Of a DNA stretch of 16,899 bases, positions 1 to 8,017 are shown piece by piece. The stretch's first letter is position 1; each line of letters starts with the position of its first letter. The notes below the pieces were generated by a model. It was not told the DNA's origin. It searched no databases and saw only the letters and a list, made by a program, of their open reading frames with translations. The DNA is from Mycoplasma todarodis. Lineage in GTDB: Bacteria; Bacillota_I; Bacilli_A; Mycoplasmatales; Metamycoplasmataceae. Both the position numbers and the translations under genes were made by a program. The DNA lies in assembly GCF_965212735.1 (NCBI RefSeq), contig NZ_CBDBYJ010000003.1, forward strand, positions 102,099 through 118,997. Direction: 5' to 3'.

Positions 1-475
1 AGATTTCTTTATTCTTTTCAAAGTTATCAATTTCAGATTTTCTATCTCTTTTGTAAACTCTTTCTTTAAATGTTTCTCATGAACATGTAAGAACGATATA
101 TAGTTTTGGGAATCCAATTTTTAACATGTTTTCAACTTCTTCTTCTCAAATTTTTGAATAGTAGCCTCAAATTGCTGGTTCATCGCCAAATCTATTGAAA
201 GCAAAAAGCTTATCCTCAAGAATTGATCTATCAAATACATGTAAAAGACCTGTTTCAACTCTTTGTTTGTATATTCTTACTCTATTTAACAACATATCAA
301 ATTGGAATAAGTATGCTGATATTCCGTCGCCTTCCATCATTCCTTTTAGAAGTGCTCCTTGCATTTTATCGCTGTCGTCTAATTCTTGAACTGCTGGTAA
401 TTTTAGGTTTCTAACTAATGTAGATTTTCCTACGGCAACTGGGCCTCCAACTATAATTGTGTTTGCTTGTTTCAT
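1..475 (-). CDS. deoxynucleoside kinase (dNK/dGK-dAK family); C-terminal end runs off the left edge
   Basis: Track ORF 167..481 has the P-loop GGPVAVGKST and the DRS motif FDRSILEDKLFA. It reads on in frame through TGA at 167-169, 146-148 and 77-79 (Trp in table 4) as ...EPAIWGYYSKIWEEEVENMLKIGFPKLYIVLTCSWETFKER to position 1. ATG at 475 follows AAAGGAAAAGG; GTG at 481 is an alternative start. Confidence 0.85.
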
Positions 476-540
476 GTTCACCTTTTCCTTTACTTAAATA
501 ATAACAAATTGCATAATAAAAATAATTCAAAATGAACTAT

Positions 541-1887
541 TTATTTTCTTAAAATCGTTGAGAATACTATTTCATCTATTTTATCTATATTTCTTAATCT
601 AGTTGTTTCAACTCAATCTTTAAAGAAGTTGCATTCTTTTAATCTTCTAAATACGTTTGAATAAGCCATAGAAACATTAATAAGATTTTCTAAAGCTTCT
701 AAATCTTCATTTTTTTGTGTTGCACTTTGTGGTGTAACTGCACCCTTAGGATCTGCCTTTGTAGTTTTTGAATCTTTTGCTGTAGACTTTGGGTCTGTGG
801 TTGGTTTTTTTGGAGTTATCGATTTATGTATGTTGGCAACTAACAATGTTAAATCTTCTTGTGAAGCTTCAAACAAATCTTTATATCTTTCAGCAATACC
901 CGATTGAGAAAGTTTTGTTTTAATGTTTGCAGATACTTTACTTATATCTGTAGCTGCTTTGATTTCTTCACCTTTTGCTTTAGCATCATTAAATATTCCT
1001 TCAAATTCTTTAACAGTATTATCTAATTGCTCTTTAGCAGAAACTGTTGCAGCGTTCTTTTCAAATAAGTCAAATACTTCTGAAACAACTTTACCATCAG
1101 CATCTTTATGTGAAAACTTAATGTGTTCGATATTTTTACTTTGCATGTTTTTCAATGTATCAAATAACATTTTTGGAGTAAATGCTTTATCTGCTTGTTT
1201 ATTGCCAAGAGTAACATCTAAATCTTCAGACATTAGCATACCCATTCCTTTTGCAATTGATAGCATTACATCATTGATTGTATTTGCTTTGCTGAATTTA
1301 TCAAGTTCAACTTCTAAAACACCATTATTAAGTTTTGATGAGTCAATCATTTTTAATGAAGGTTTTAAGGGATGATATTCTAAATTTTGGTCAGTAATTA
1401 TTAAGTCTTTACTTTCTTTAATTGGGAATGTTTTCCTATCAGAAGTAACAGTAGCTTTAACTACATCCTGAACCATTAAATTGTTAACATTTTTAAGTTT
1501 ATCGTTCAGTATTTTAATTTTTTCTTGGAATGTTGTTTTGTTCTTCTCAAGTTCTTGAAAATCAAAATCTAAAACTGGTTGAAAATTCAATTTTTCTTTT
1601 GTACTTTCTTTATATCTCGCAACTTCTAATTTAAGGTGTGCACGTGCTTGTAATAGCATTCCTACAAGTCCTTCACCTAATTGAAGACTCATTTTTCCTT
1701 CACCATCTTTACCACTTAGGATTAATTCTTTTTCTAAATTAATTTTAATTGAAGAGTTATCTATATTTGAATCTGTACCGTTTCAATCCTTAGATAAACC
1801 ATCACTACAAGAAATCGCAACCGCCATTGGTGCAGCAACTACTAGGGCTAAAGAAGAAGATAGCATTAATTTTCTTTTAATTTTCAT
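541..1887 (-). CDS. predicted lipoprotein, 448 aa, function unknown
   Basis: Track ORF 613..1692 extends in frame both ways under table 4. Upstream it passes TGA 1783-1785 to ATG 1887 (RBS AAAGGAGAAGAAT), giving MKIKRKLMLSSSLALVVAAPMAVAIS-C, a signal peptide plus lipobox Cys. Downstream it passes TGA 613-615 to TAA 541-543. No family recognised. Confidence 0.8.
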
Positions 1888-1925
1888 ATTCTTCTCCTTT
1901 CTCACCTTGTAGTTTTATAGTTTAA

Positions 1926-1934
1926 ATTATATCA
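1926..1934 (-). promoter_or_regulatory. extended -10 element (TGATATAAT) for the lipoprotein gene
   Basis: The minus strand reads TGTTGATATAATTTAAAC about 40 nt upstream of ATG 1887. Confidence 0.45.
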
Positions 1935-1959
1935 ACATTCTTATAAAAGAAAAAGGCAT

Positions 1960-1986
1960 AAAAAAAGAACTATTTCTTTTTAGTTC
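1960..1986 (-). terminator. weak intrinsic terminator overlapping the topA stop
   Basis: Hairpin GAACTA (1967-1972) / TAGTTC (1981-1986), followed on the minus strand by T7 (plus-strand A-run 1960-1966). The stem is AT-rich and only 6 bp. Confidence 0.4.
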
Positions 1987-3823
1987 AATTTCTTTTACCA
2001 GTTCATCTTTTTCTATTAGGATCTGATGCTGTATATGTACATGCTGGTCAGTTAGCACAAGCGATGAATTTATCACCTTTTCTTGAACGTTTGAAGATTA
2101 ATTGACCACCATCTTCTGGACAAGGTTCTGTACTTGCTGGGATTGGAATTAGTTTTGTGTGTTCCATAGTATCTTGAGCACTTTCAATTTGGTCATTGAA
2201 TTTATCTCAGAACTCTTGCATTAATTCTTTGTAATCTGTATCGCCATCAGCAATTTTATCTAAATCAGATTCTACTTTAGCTGTATAGTCTTCATTAATG
2301 ATTTTTTGGAAGTGTGTAGTTAATTTTTCAGAAACAACTTTACCAAAATCAGTTGGTTTAAGAGCCCTTCCTTCTTTTTCTACATATTCACGTTCTTTAA
2401 TCTTATTAACTGTTGCAGCGAATGTTGAAGGACGTCCTACACCGATGTTATCCATCTTCTCGATGATAGAACCTTCATTATATCTTGCAGGTGGTTGTGT
2501 AGCCTTAGCTTCTTTAACGTATTCTTGAACGTTAACAATTTCACCTTTTTCATAAACAGGTAATTCATTATCGTTTGAGTAACCTGTAACTTTTAAGTAA
2601 CCATCGAATACAACTTTAGAAGCTGACATCTTGAATCTGTGTTCACCATTAACTAGTTCATATCTTAAGATTTCTCTTTCTGGTTGAACCATTAATGCTT
2701 GCATAGTCCTGTTGTAAATAACTTGATAAACTTTGAACTCTGCTGGTTTAAGTGAGAATATTCCTTTTGCTTTTGAAGGAGTCATCGCAATGTTTGTTGG
2801 ACGGATGGCCTCGTGGGCATCTTGATCTCCAGCAACACCTTTAACTTCTGATGATACGTATTCTGCACCAAACTCTTTAGCGATATATGCTTGAGCTTGT
2901 TTTACGAATGTAGCTGACATTCTTGTTGAGTCAGTACGTGGGTATGAGATAAGTCCACCATCTCCAAAACCTTCATAAAGTCTTTGAGCTGCTGATTGGA
3001 TTTGTCTTGATGAAAGACCTGTTGATGATTCTGCAGTTTTATAAAGAACGGCTTGTTTGAATGGTGTACGTTTTGCATCTTTACGTTTTGAAACTTTAAC
3101 TTCATCAACTGTTAGTGGTCCGTTTAATGCTGAGAATACTTCATCAATCTCATTTGGCATAATTCATTCTTTGTTTTTTTCAGCTGATTTTGGATTGTAA
3201 TATTTTGCTGTAACTTCATCATTGATAATTGCTTCAACATTGAAGTAGTCTACAGGAATGAATGCATCGATTTCTGCTTCTCTATCAACTATTAATTTAA
3301 GAGCGATTGATTGAACACGTCCAGCTGTTGGTCTAGTTGGGTAGTTAGACATCTTTTGAGCCATTAGTGTTGAAAGTCTATAACCAATGATACGGTCTAA
3401 CATTCTTCTTGTCTTTTGTGAGTTAACTAATGCTTCATCAATTACTGATGGTTTGTTTATAGCTTCGTTAACAGCGTCTTTTGTGATTTCGTTAAAACGA
3501 ATTCTTTTATACTTATCTTCAACTCCAAGGAATTCAACTAAGTTATCTCCTATGGCCTCACCCTCACGATCGGGATCGGTTGCGATATAAACGAAATCTG
3601 CTTTCTTAACTTCTTTTTTAAGATCGGCAACTACTGTCTTTTTAGTTGGGTCCAATTTATATTGTGGTTCTCATTTTTCAGTGTCAATTCCAAGACGGAA
3701 TAATCCTACTGAAGGCAGTTTAACTATGTGTCCAACTGATGCCTTTACTACATAACCTTCTCCAAGGTATTTTTCTATTGATTTTATTTTGTTTGGTGAT
3801 TCTACGATTACTAATTTATTCAT
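1970..3823 (-). CDS. topA: DNA topoisomerase I, 617 aa
   Basis: Track ORFs 2207..3160 and 3164..3655 are one frame joined through TGA=Trp at 3164-3166 and 2207-2209. The N-terminus extends through TGA 3671-3673 to ATG 3823 ([38 protein letters not shown]..., TOPRIM; DPDREGEAI). The C-terminus extends through further TGA codons to TAG 1970-1972 and includes a Cys-rich Zn-ribbon-like tail ([28 protein letters not shown]). Confidence 0.95.
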
Positions 3824-4001
3824 GCTAAAAGTTTACCCTATTTATCATGTTTTACAAAATGCCCCTTTATATATAAACACCTTATTCTTTAAAGGTGCTT
3901 GCCACCATGCCCTAATGAATGCTACTTTTTAATAAGTTTAAACTCTAAATAAAGGTTTATAATTGTAATGAAAAAATAATATTTATAAAGGAGAAAAATC
4001 A

Positions 4002-4172
4002 ATGGTTAAATTTACAAGAATCAAAGGAATGACACAAGAAAGTGTTGCTCAAAAAACAGCTGACGAAGCTTCAAGATTACTTAAAGAAGGATTTGAAATT
4101 ATTTCAATCACACAGTATGCAGATGCTGGTTCAATTGGTAGAAATAAAGCAGCTACAATTTACTACAAATAA
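4002..4172 (+). CDS. small hypothetical protein, 56 aa
   Basis: Not in the track (under 60 aa). A strong SD (AAAGGAGAAAAATCA) precedes ATG 4002 and a TATAAT lies at about 3958-3963. Product: MVKFTRIKGMTQESVAQKTADEASRLLKEGFEIISITQYADAGSIGRNKAATIYYK. It ends in a double stop TAATAA followed at once by a terminator. The track ORF 4042..4224 is a different frame of the same DNA. Confidence 0.55.
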   Translation: MVKFTRIKGMTQESVAQKTADEASRLLKEGFEIISITQYADAGSIGRNKAATIYYK

Positions 4173-4173
4173 T

Positions 4174-4199
4174 AAAAAAGAGCAATGCTCTTTTTTTAT
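4174..4199. terminator. bidirectional intrinsic terminator (small ORF / dprA)
   Basis: AAAAAAGAGCAATGCTCTTTTTTT: stem AAGAG/CTCTT flanked by an A-run and a T-run. It overlaps the dprA stop at 4196-4198. Confidence 0.7.
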
Positions 4200-4936
4200 T
4201 TATCCATATCTTTTATTGATGTAATTAGGTTGGCTCCTTGCTTAATTAATTCAGTGTTTCCATCATCTAAATTATCAGTTCCTGGGAAGCAATAAATCTC
4301 TTTTCCTTGGTTTAAAAATTGGGATACTAGGTTCATAATTCCACCATCTTTTTCGGAAGAAAACAGTACTAAAGACTCAGCAAAAGCAGCAATAATTCTG
4401 TTTCTAGCTCTCAATCTTTCCTTCTTAATGTTGGTGTTTTGAGGGTATTCTGACACCACTAAAACATGTTCTCCAGGTTCAATTTTGGTTGCTAAAAACG
4501 GGTCTTCAACGTTGTTTGCAGAGACTATTAACAGGTCTTTTTTATGCTCTAAAACCCTCTTTAAAACAAACTGATCCACACCTTTATAAATTGCAGAAAC
4601 AATGGCATGTCTATGTGTAATTTCACTTATTGAATTATTAATTCATTTCTTAACATTAAGAGTTAATTCATTACCACTTGCACACATAAATGTTTTCTTT
4701 AATATATCTAAATTCCCTCTATAAAATAGAACGAATGGTGGTTTATACGCTTTCTTTAATTGATTAGGATATCCAAGGTCTAATATGGTTATCGCGTTTA
4801 TATCCTGCTTTTTCATCTTTTCTTCTAAATCCTTCAATTCCCTGAGAGATATCTTTTCTTTTTCTTCAAGAGCTTGATAGATCCTATCTCAATCACCCTT
4901 GTATTTAATAGCAAATCATATTAATATTATGTTCAT
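4196..4936 (-). CDS. dprA: DNA processing protein DprA/Smf, 246 aa
   Basis: Track ORFs 4196..4579 and 4643..4837 share a frame and join through TGA 4643-4645. The frame extends upstream through TGA 4916-4918 and 4889-4891 to ATG 4936 (GGAGG 5 nt upstream), giving MNIILIWFAIKYKGDWDRIYQALEE.... DprA Rossmann-core motifs are RARNRIIAAFAESLVLFSSEKDGGIMN and GKEIYCFPG. The dprA-topA adjacency is a widely conserved synteny. Confidence 0.85.
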
Positions 4937-5041
4937 TCATACCTCCTACATATATATTGTTTTTATAAGAAAAAAATTCAAAACAAAAATATTACTTATG
5001 TAAATTGATGTATGTTTAATTGCGATTCAAAAGAGGAAATT

Positions 5042-5066
5042 AAAAAACACCAAGGTAGGTGTTTTT
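5042..5066 (-). terminator. intrinsic terminator after the propeller-protein gene
   Basis: AAAAACACC-AAGGTA-GGTGTTTTT, located 6 nt beyond the TAA at 5072-5074. Confidence 0.7.
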
Positions 5067-5071
5067 ACTTA

Positions 5072-6628
5072 TTATTCTGATTTTCTAAAGAAACAAATCA
5101 TAGCTAATAGCATTGATAGTCCAGCCATTATAGTTAGTATAACTAAGATGGTAAAACCTCTATTATCAGTCTTATCTGCAATCGGCGTGATACTTTTCTT
5201 CCCATTTATTTGTTTTGCGTTTATTTCTTTTTCTTCTGTTGTATTGAATAATGTACCCTTAATTGTCTTGGGTGTTTCGTATGGAGTTTTAACCTCAATA
5301 CTTACATTAATCTTCCCATTAGAAGGGTTTACAGAAGCTGTAATATTACCTAAAGTTGAATATTTCATTTTAGGTATTGTAATATCTGAATATTTACCTA
5401 ATGAATTAGAATCCACTATTTCTTTAGCTATTTCAGCAGCGGTTTTATTGCCTTGATTTTTAATTTCAACAGCTTTAAAAAGATTCTCGATAAAGTCTTC
5501 ATTTATTTTTGCAATCTTTGAATAATCAATTTTAGCAAGTCCTGCTTTCTCAGGGTCTTTAGATGTTAATCCTACATATATAGTATCCTTCATCTTTTGC
5601 ATAAATGTATATGAGTTTTGGTCATCAATAGTAGTGATTCTTCCATTAACTAATGTTCTTAAACCGCTTCCTGATCCTATGTAAATAATTCCATCTATTT
5701 TATTGATGAATGCACCTGCAACAGAGGTTTTATCGATTGTTCCGTCTTCAAATTTAGCAACTGGGCTTAACATCTTACCATCTAATTTCATAAGTCCTTG
5801 ATCGTAAGTTCCTACATAAACAACGCCATCGATTTCTTTCATGAAACCACCTGCAACATCAGTGCTATCATCACCTCCGGATGTTGTTTCTAATGCTGGA
5901 GTAAGTTTATCGCCCTCCAGTTTCATAAGTCCTTTATCATTTGTACCAACGTATATAGTTCCGTTTATCTCTTTTATGAAACCATTAAGAACACTTGTAG
6001 TGTCATCTTTACCAGATTTCTTTGCTGCCTGAACAAGTTCGCCATTTTCTAGTTTCATCAACCCTTTATCAGCAGTTCCTACATAAATAGTTTTGTTTAT
6101 CTCTTTGATAAACCCATGATGAACTTGCGTTTCGTCCACACTTGTATTTGTATTCTTGTTTGTCTTGTGCATAATTGGAAAAATGTTCCCATTTTCCCAT
6201 TTCTTTAACCCTTTATGAGCTGTACCTATATAGATTGTTTTACCTATTTTTTCTATAAAGCCATCTTCAAGATCAACTTGTGATTCAGGAAGCACAGGAA
6301 CTAATTTATTGTTTTCTAATTTCATAAGTCCTTTATTAGCTGTACCTACATAGAAAGTTCCATCTATTTCCTTGATGAATTTCTCCATGTTCTTATGTTT
6401 ATCAATCATTGTTACCGGAGGTTCAACAACCGGTGCACTTGGGGTTTGCATATATGAGTCTGTATAAATGGTCATACTGTTTTTTAAGTTATTATTCGCA
6501 AAAAGGTTTTCTTGCTTGTTGTTTTGACTTCCATTTAGGTTCGTTGGGCTTATTGCAGCTATAGTTATAGGCGCAACAACTGCAGCAACGACTCCTAATG
6601 ACATTGCGATTCTTTTATTTATTTTCAT
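5072..6628 (-). CDS. surface protein, 518 aa: N-terminal signal peptide, 7 propeller-like repeats, C-terminal TM anchor
   Basis: Uninterrupted ORF with RBS GGGAGAAAAAA before ATG 6628. The N-terminus MKINKRIAMSLGVVAAVVAPITIAAIS has no lipobox Cys. Seven repeats of F[IM]KEIxGT[IF]YVGTxxKGLMKLE resemble the Reg_prop / beta-propeller blade pattern. The C-terminus TILVILTIMAGLSMLLAMICFFRKSE is a TM helix plus a basic tail. Confidence 0.85.
   Translation of the reverse strand: MKINKRIAMSLGVVAAVVAPITIAAISPTNLNGSQNNKQENLFANNNLKNSMTIYTDSYMQTPSAPVVEPPVTMIDKHKNMEKFIKEIDGTFYVGTANKGLMKLENNKLVPVLPESQVDLEDGFIEKIGKTIYIGTAHKGLKKWENGNIFPIMHKTNKNTNTSVDETQVHHGFIKEINKTIYVGTADKGLMKLENGELVQAAKKSGKDDTTSVLNGFIKEINGTIYVGTNDKGLMKLEGDKLTPALETTSGGDDSTDVAGGFMKEIDGVVYVGTYDQGLMKLDGKMLSPVAKFEDGTIDKTSVAGAFINKIDGIIYIGSGSGLRTLVNGRITTIDDQNSYTFMQKMKDTIYVGLTSKDPEKAGLAKIDYSKIAKINEDFIENLFKAVEIKNQGNKTAAEIAKEIVDSNSLGKYSDITIPKMKYSTLGNITASVNPSNGKINVSIEVKTPYETPKTIKGTLFNTTEEKEINAKQINGKKSITPIADKTDNRGFTILVILTIMAGLSMLLAMICFFRKSE
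5525..6379 (-). repeat. seven imperfect tandem coding repeats (about 35-49 codons each) inside the propeller gene
   Basis: Blade starts fall at residues 84, 124, 173, 217, 262, 307 and 342 of the 518-aa product, with a conserved core IYVGT..KGLMKLE. Confidence 0.7.
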
Positions 6629-6909
6629 TTTTTTCTCCCTAGATCATTTAAAAAAATCAAAATATAGATTTGCCGTACCAATAGACAATAAATTTGATGA
6701 TTTAAATGGTTTTTATTTCAACATACATTAAAATTTAACCAATATCTAGAATATATAAATAATTCTTATTTCTTATTACAATACAATTATATTGTTTTTT
6801 GACTTATATCACCATTTTTTAGTTGCAAATTCAATAATTTAAACATATAAAATTACATACTCCCCTTTATATATGTGTATTTTTACCCATTTTTGTAAAA
6901 AAAATAAAG

Positions 6910-6933
6910 AAAAACCCAGGAACTAGTCCTGAG
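6910..6933 (-). terminator. intrinsic terminator after csp
   Basis: The minus strand reads CTCAGGA-CTAGT-TCCTGGGTTTTTCTTTATTTTTTTT: stem CAGGA/TCCTG, then a T-rich tail. Confidence 0.5.
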
Positions 6934-6956
6934 TTAAGCTATTTGTGATGTTCTAA

Positions 6957-7169
6957 TTAAGCGTTAGCTTGTTTAGTAACAACAACGTTTTTAGCTCTTT
7001 CTTTTCCATCTACAGTTTCAACTTCGAATTCAACTGTGTCATTTTGGTATAGGTTTCTGAAACCTGACCCTGAGATTGCTGAGAAATGTACGAATACGTC
7101 TTCTCTACCTTCAACACCGATAAATCCAAAACCTTTAGTTTCATTAAAGAATTTTACTTTTCCTGTCAT
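6957..7169 (-). CDS. csp: cold-shock domain protein (CspA family), 70 aa
   Basis: [32 protein letters not shown]... carries the RNP1 (KGFGFI) and RNP2 (VFVHF) motifs. RBS GAAGGAGATATATATT precedes the ATG. Confidence 0.95.
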   Translation of the reverse strand: MTGKVKFFNETKGFGFIGVEGREDVFVHFSAISGSGFRNLYQNDTVEFEVETVDGKERAKNVVVTKQANA

Positions 7170-7323
7170 AATATATATCTCCTTCCATATGCTTACACAC
7201 TTCTTGGAGCGTATACATAAATATATTATATAGTGTTTTAGAGGGTTGATGACATTAATATGCTTTTTCTTTTTTTATTGGATTTTATTATTCCCCTTAT
7301 ATATAGAGGGGTTAAAAATGACG

Positions 7324-7353
7324 TGAAAAAAACCCGCTCGCCAAAGACAGGTT
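7324..7353 (-). terminator. orphan minus-strand intrinsic terminator upstream of the csp promoter region
   Basis: The minus strand reads AACCTGTCTTTGGCGAGCGGGTTTTTTT. Two stem positions are G.U pairs only in the minus-strand RNA and are C/A mismatches in the plus-strand RNA, which favours minus-strand function. Confidence 0.5.
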
Positions 7354-7947
7354 TTCTTTGTACTCAGTCAAGCCAATAACCGAATACTTAATATTTATTC
7401 TGAGAGAGAATACACTTTATAATGAAGAATTAAATTCATATTATTCAGACTTTAATTCATAACGTGAGTGTGCATCGCCAAATAAACACAAGCACCATCA
7501 TAAAATGTTTTATATTAAAATTATTAATACACGTAATTTTTCAATTACATATTTATTATACACATTTTTTTTATCTTTTTTATCAGTTATATAAACTTTT
7601 TTAATTATTTTTATTTCTCAGAACAAAAAAAGCACCTATAGGACACCGCACACCTTAAATTTTATGCTATGAGTAGCAATATTCTTGGTGCAAATTTATT
7701 GAATTTTATAAATAAAGCCCATTTTAACATGCTTTTAGACCGGAAAACAGAGACTAATAAAACGTGTAATTTAGGCACTTGTTTTAACCTCGATATTTTG
7801 CATATTTTCACCTTAATTTTGATCAATTACATCTTCTTAAGTTTCGTGCATATTACCACCCTATTCACAGATGTTAAAGTCATTCAATCATAAGGTTTAA
7901 GGTCATTTAAAACACTCCGCGTTAAACTTGCTAACATAACCTTATTT

Positions 7948-7990
7948 AAAAGAGAACTACCTTAGATGAGGTGTTCTCTTCTTTTTATTT
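7948..7990. terminator. strong hairpin terminator downstream of clpB, also usable from the plus strand
   Basis: AAGAGAAC (7950-7957) pairs with GTTCTCTT (7973-7980), with an inner ACCT/AGGT extension. The plus strand continues CTTTTTATTT and the minus strand continues TTTTAAAT. Confidence 0.65.
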
Positions 7991-8017
7991 ATAAAGAATT
8001 AAAAAACAAATGTGCCA

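Noticed and set aside
4042-4224. 60-aa plus-strand track ORF
   Set aside because: It has no SD and runs through the terminator. The same DNA contains a much better supported 56-aa frame (4002..4172) with an SD and a stop before the terminator.
7669-7893. 74-aa plus-strand track ORF in the csp-clpB gap
   Set aside because: No SD, a stop 30 nt upstream in frame, and a product rich in N/L/I/F typical of AT-rich non-coding DNA.
7234-8017. RNase P RNA, tmRNA, SRP RNA or tRNA in either non-coding gap (also 14061..15658)
   Set aside because: Neither strand has GAGGAAAGTCC (RNase P P4), a GGGG...TCCACCA tmRNA frame or tag ORF, a GGAAGCAGC-type SRP domain IV, or a GGTTCGAnTCC T-arm. Visual search only; a covariance-model scan is still needed.
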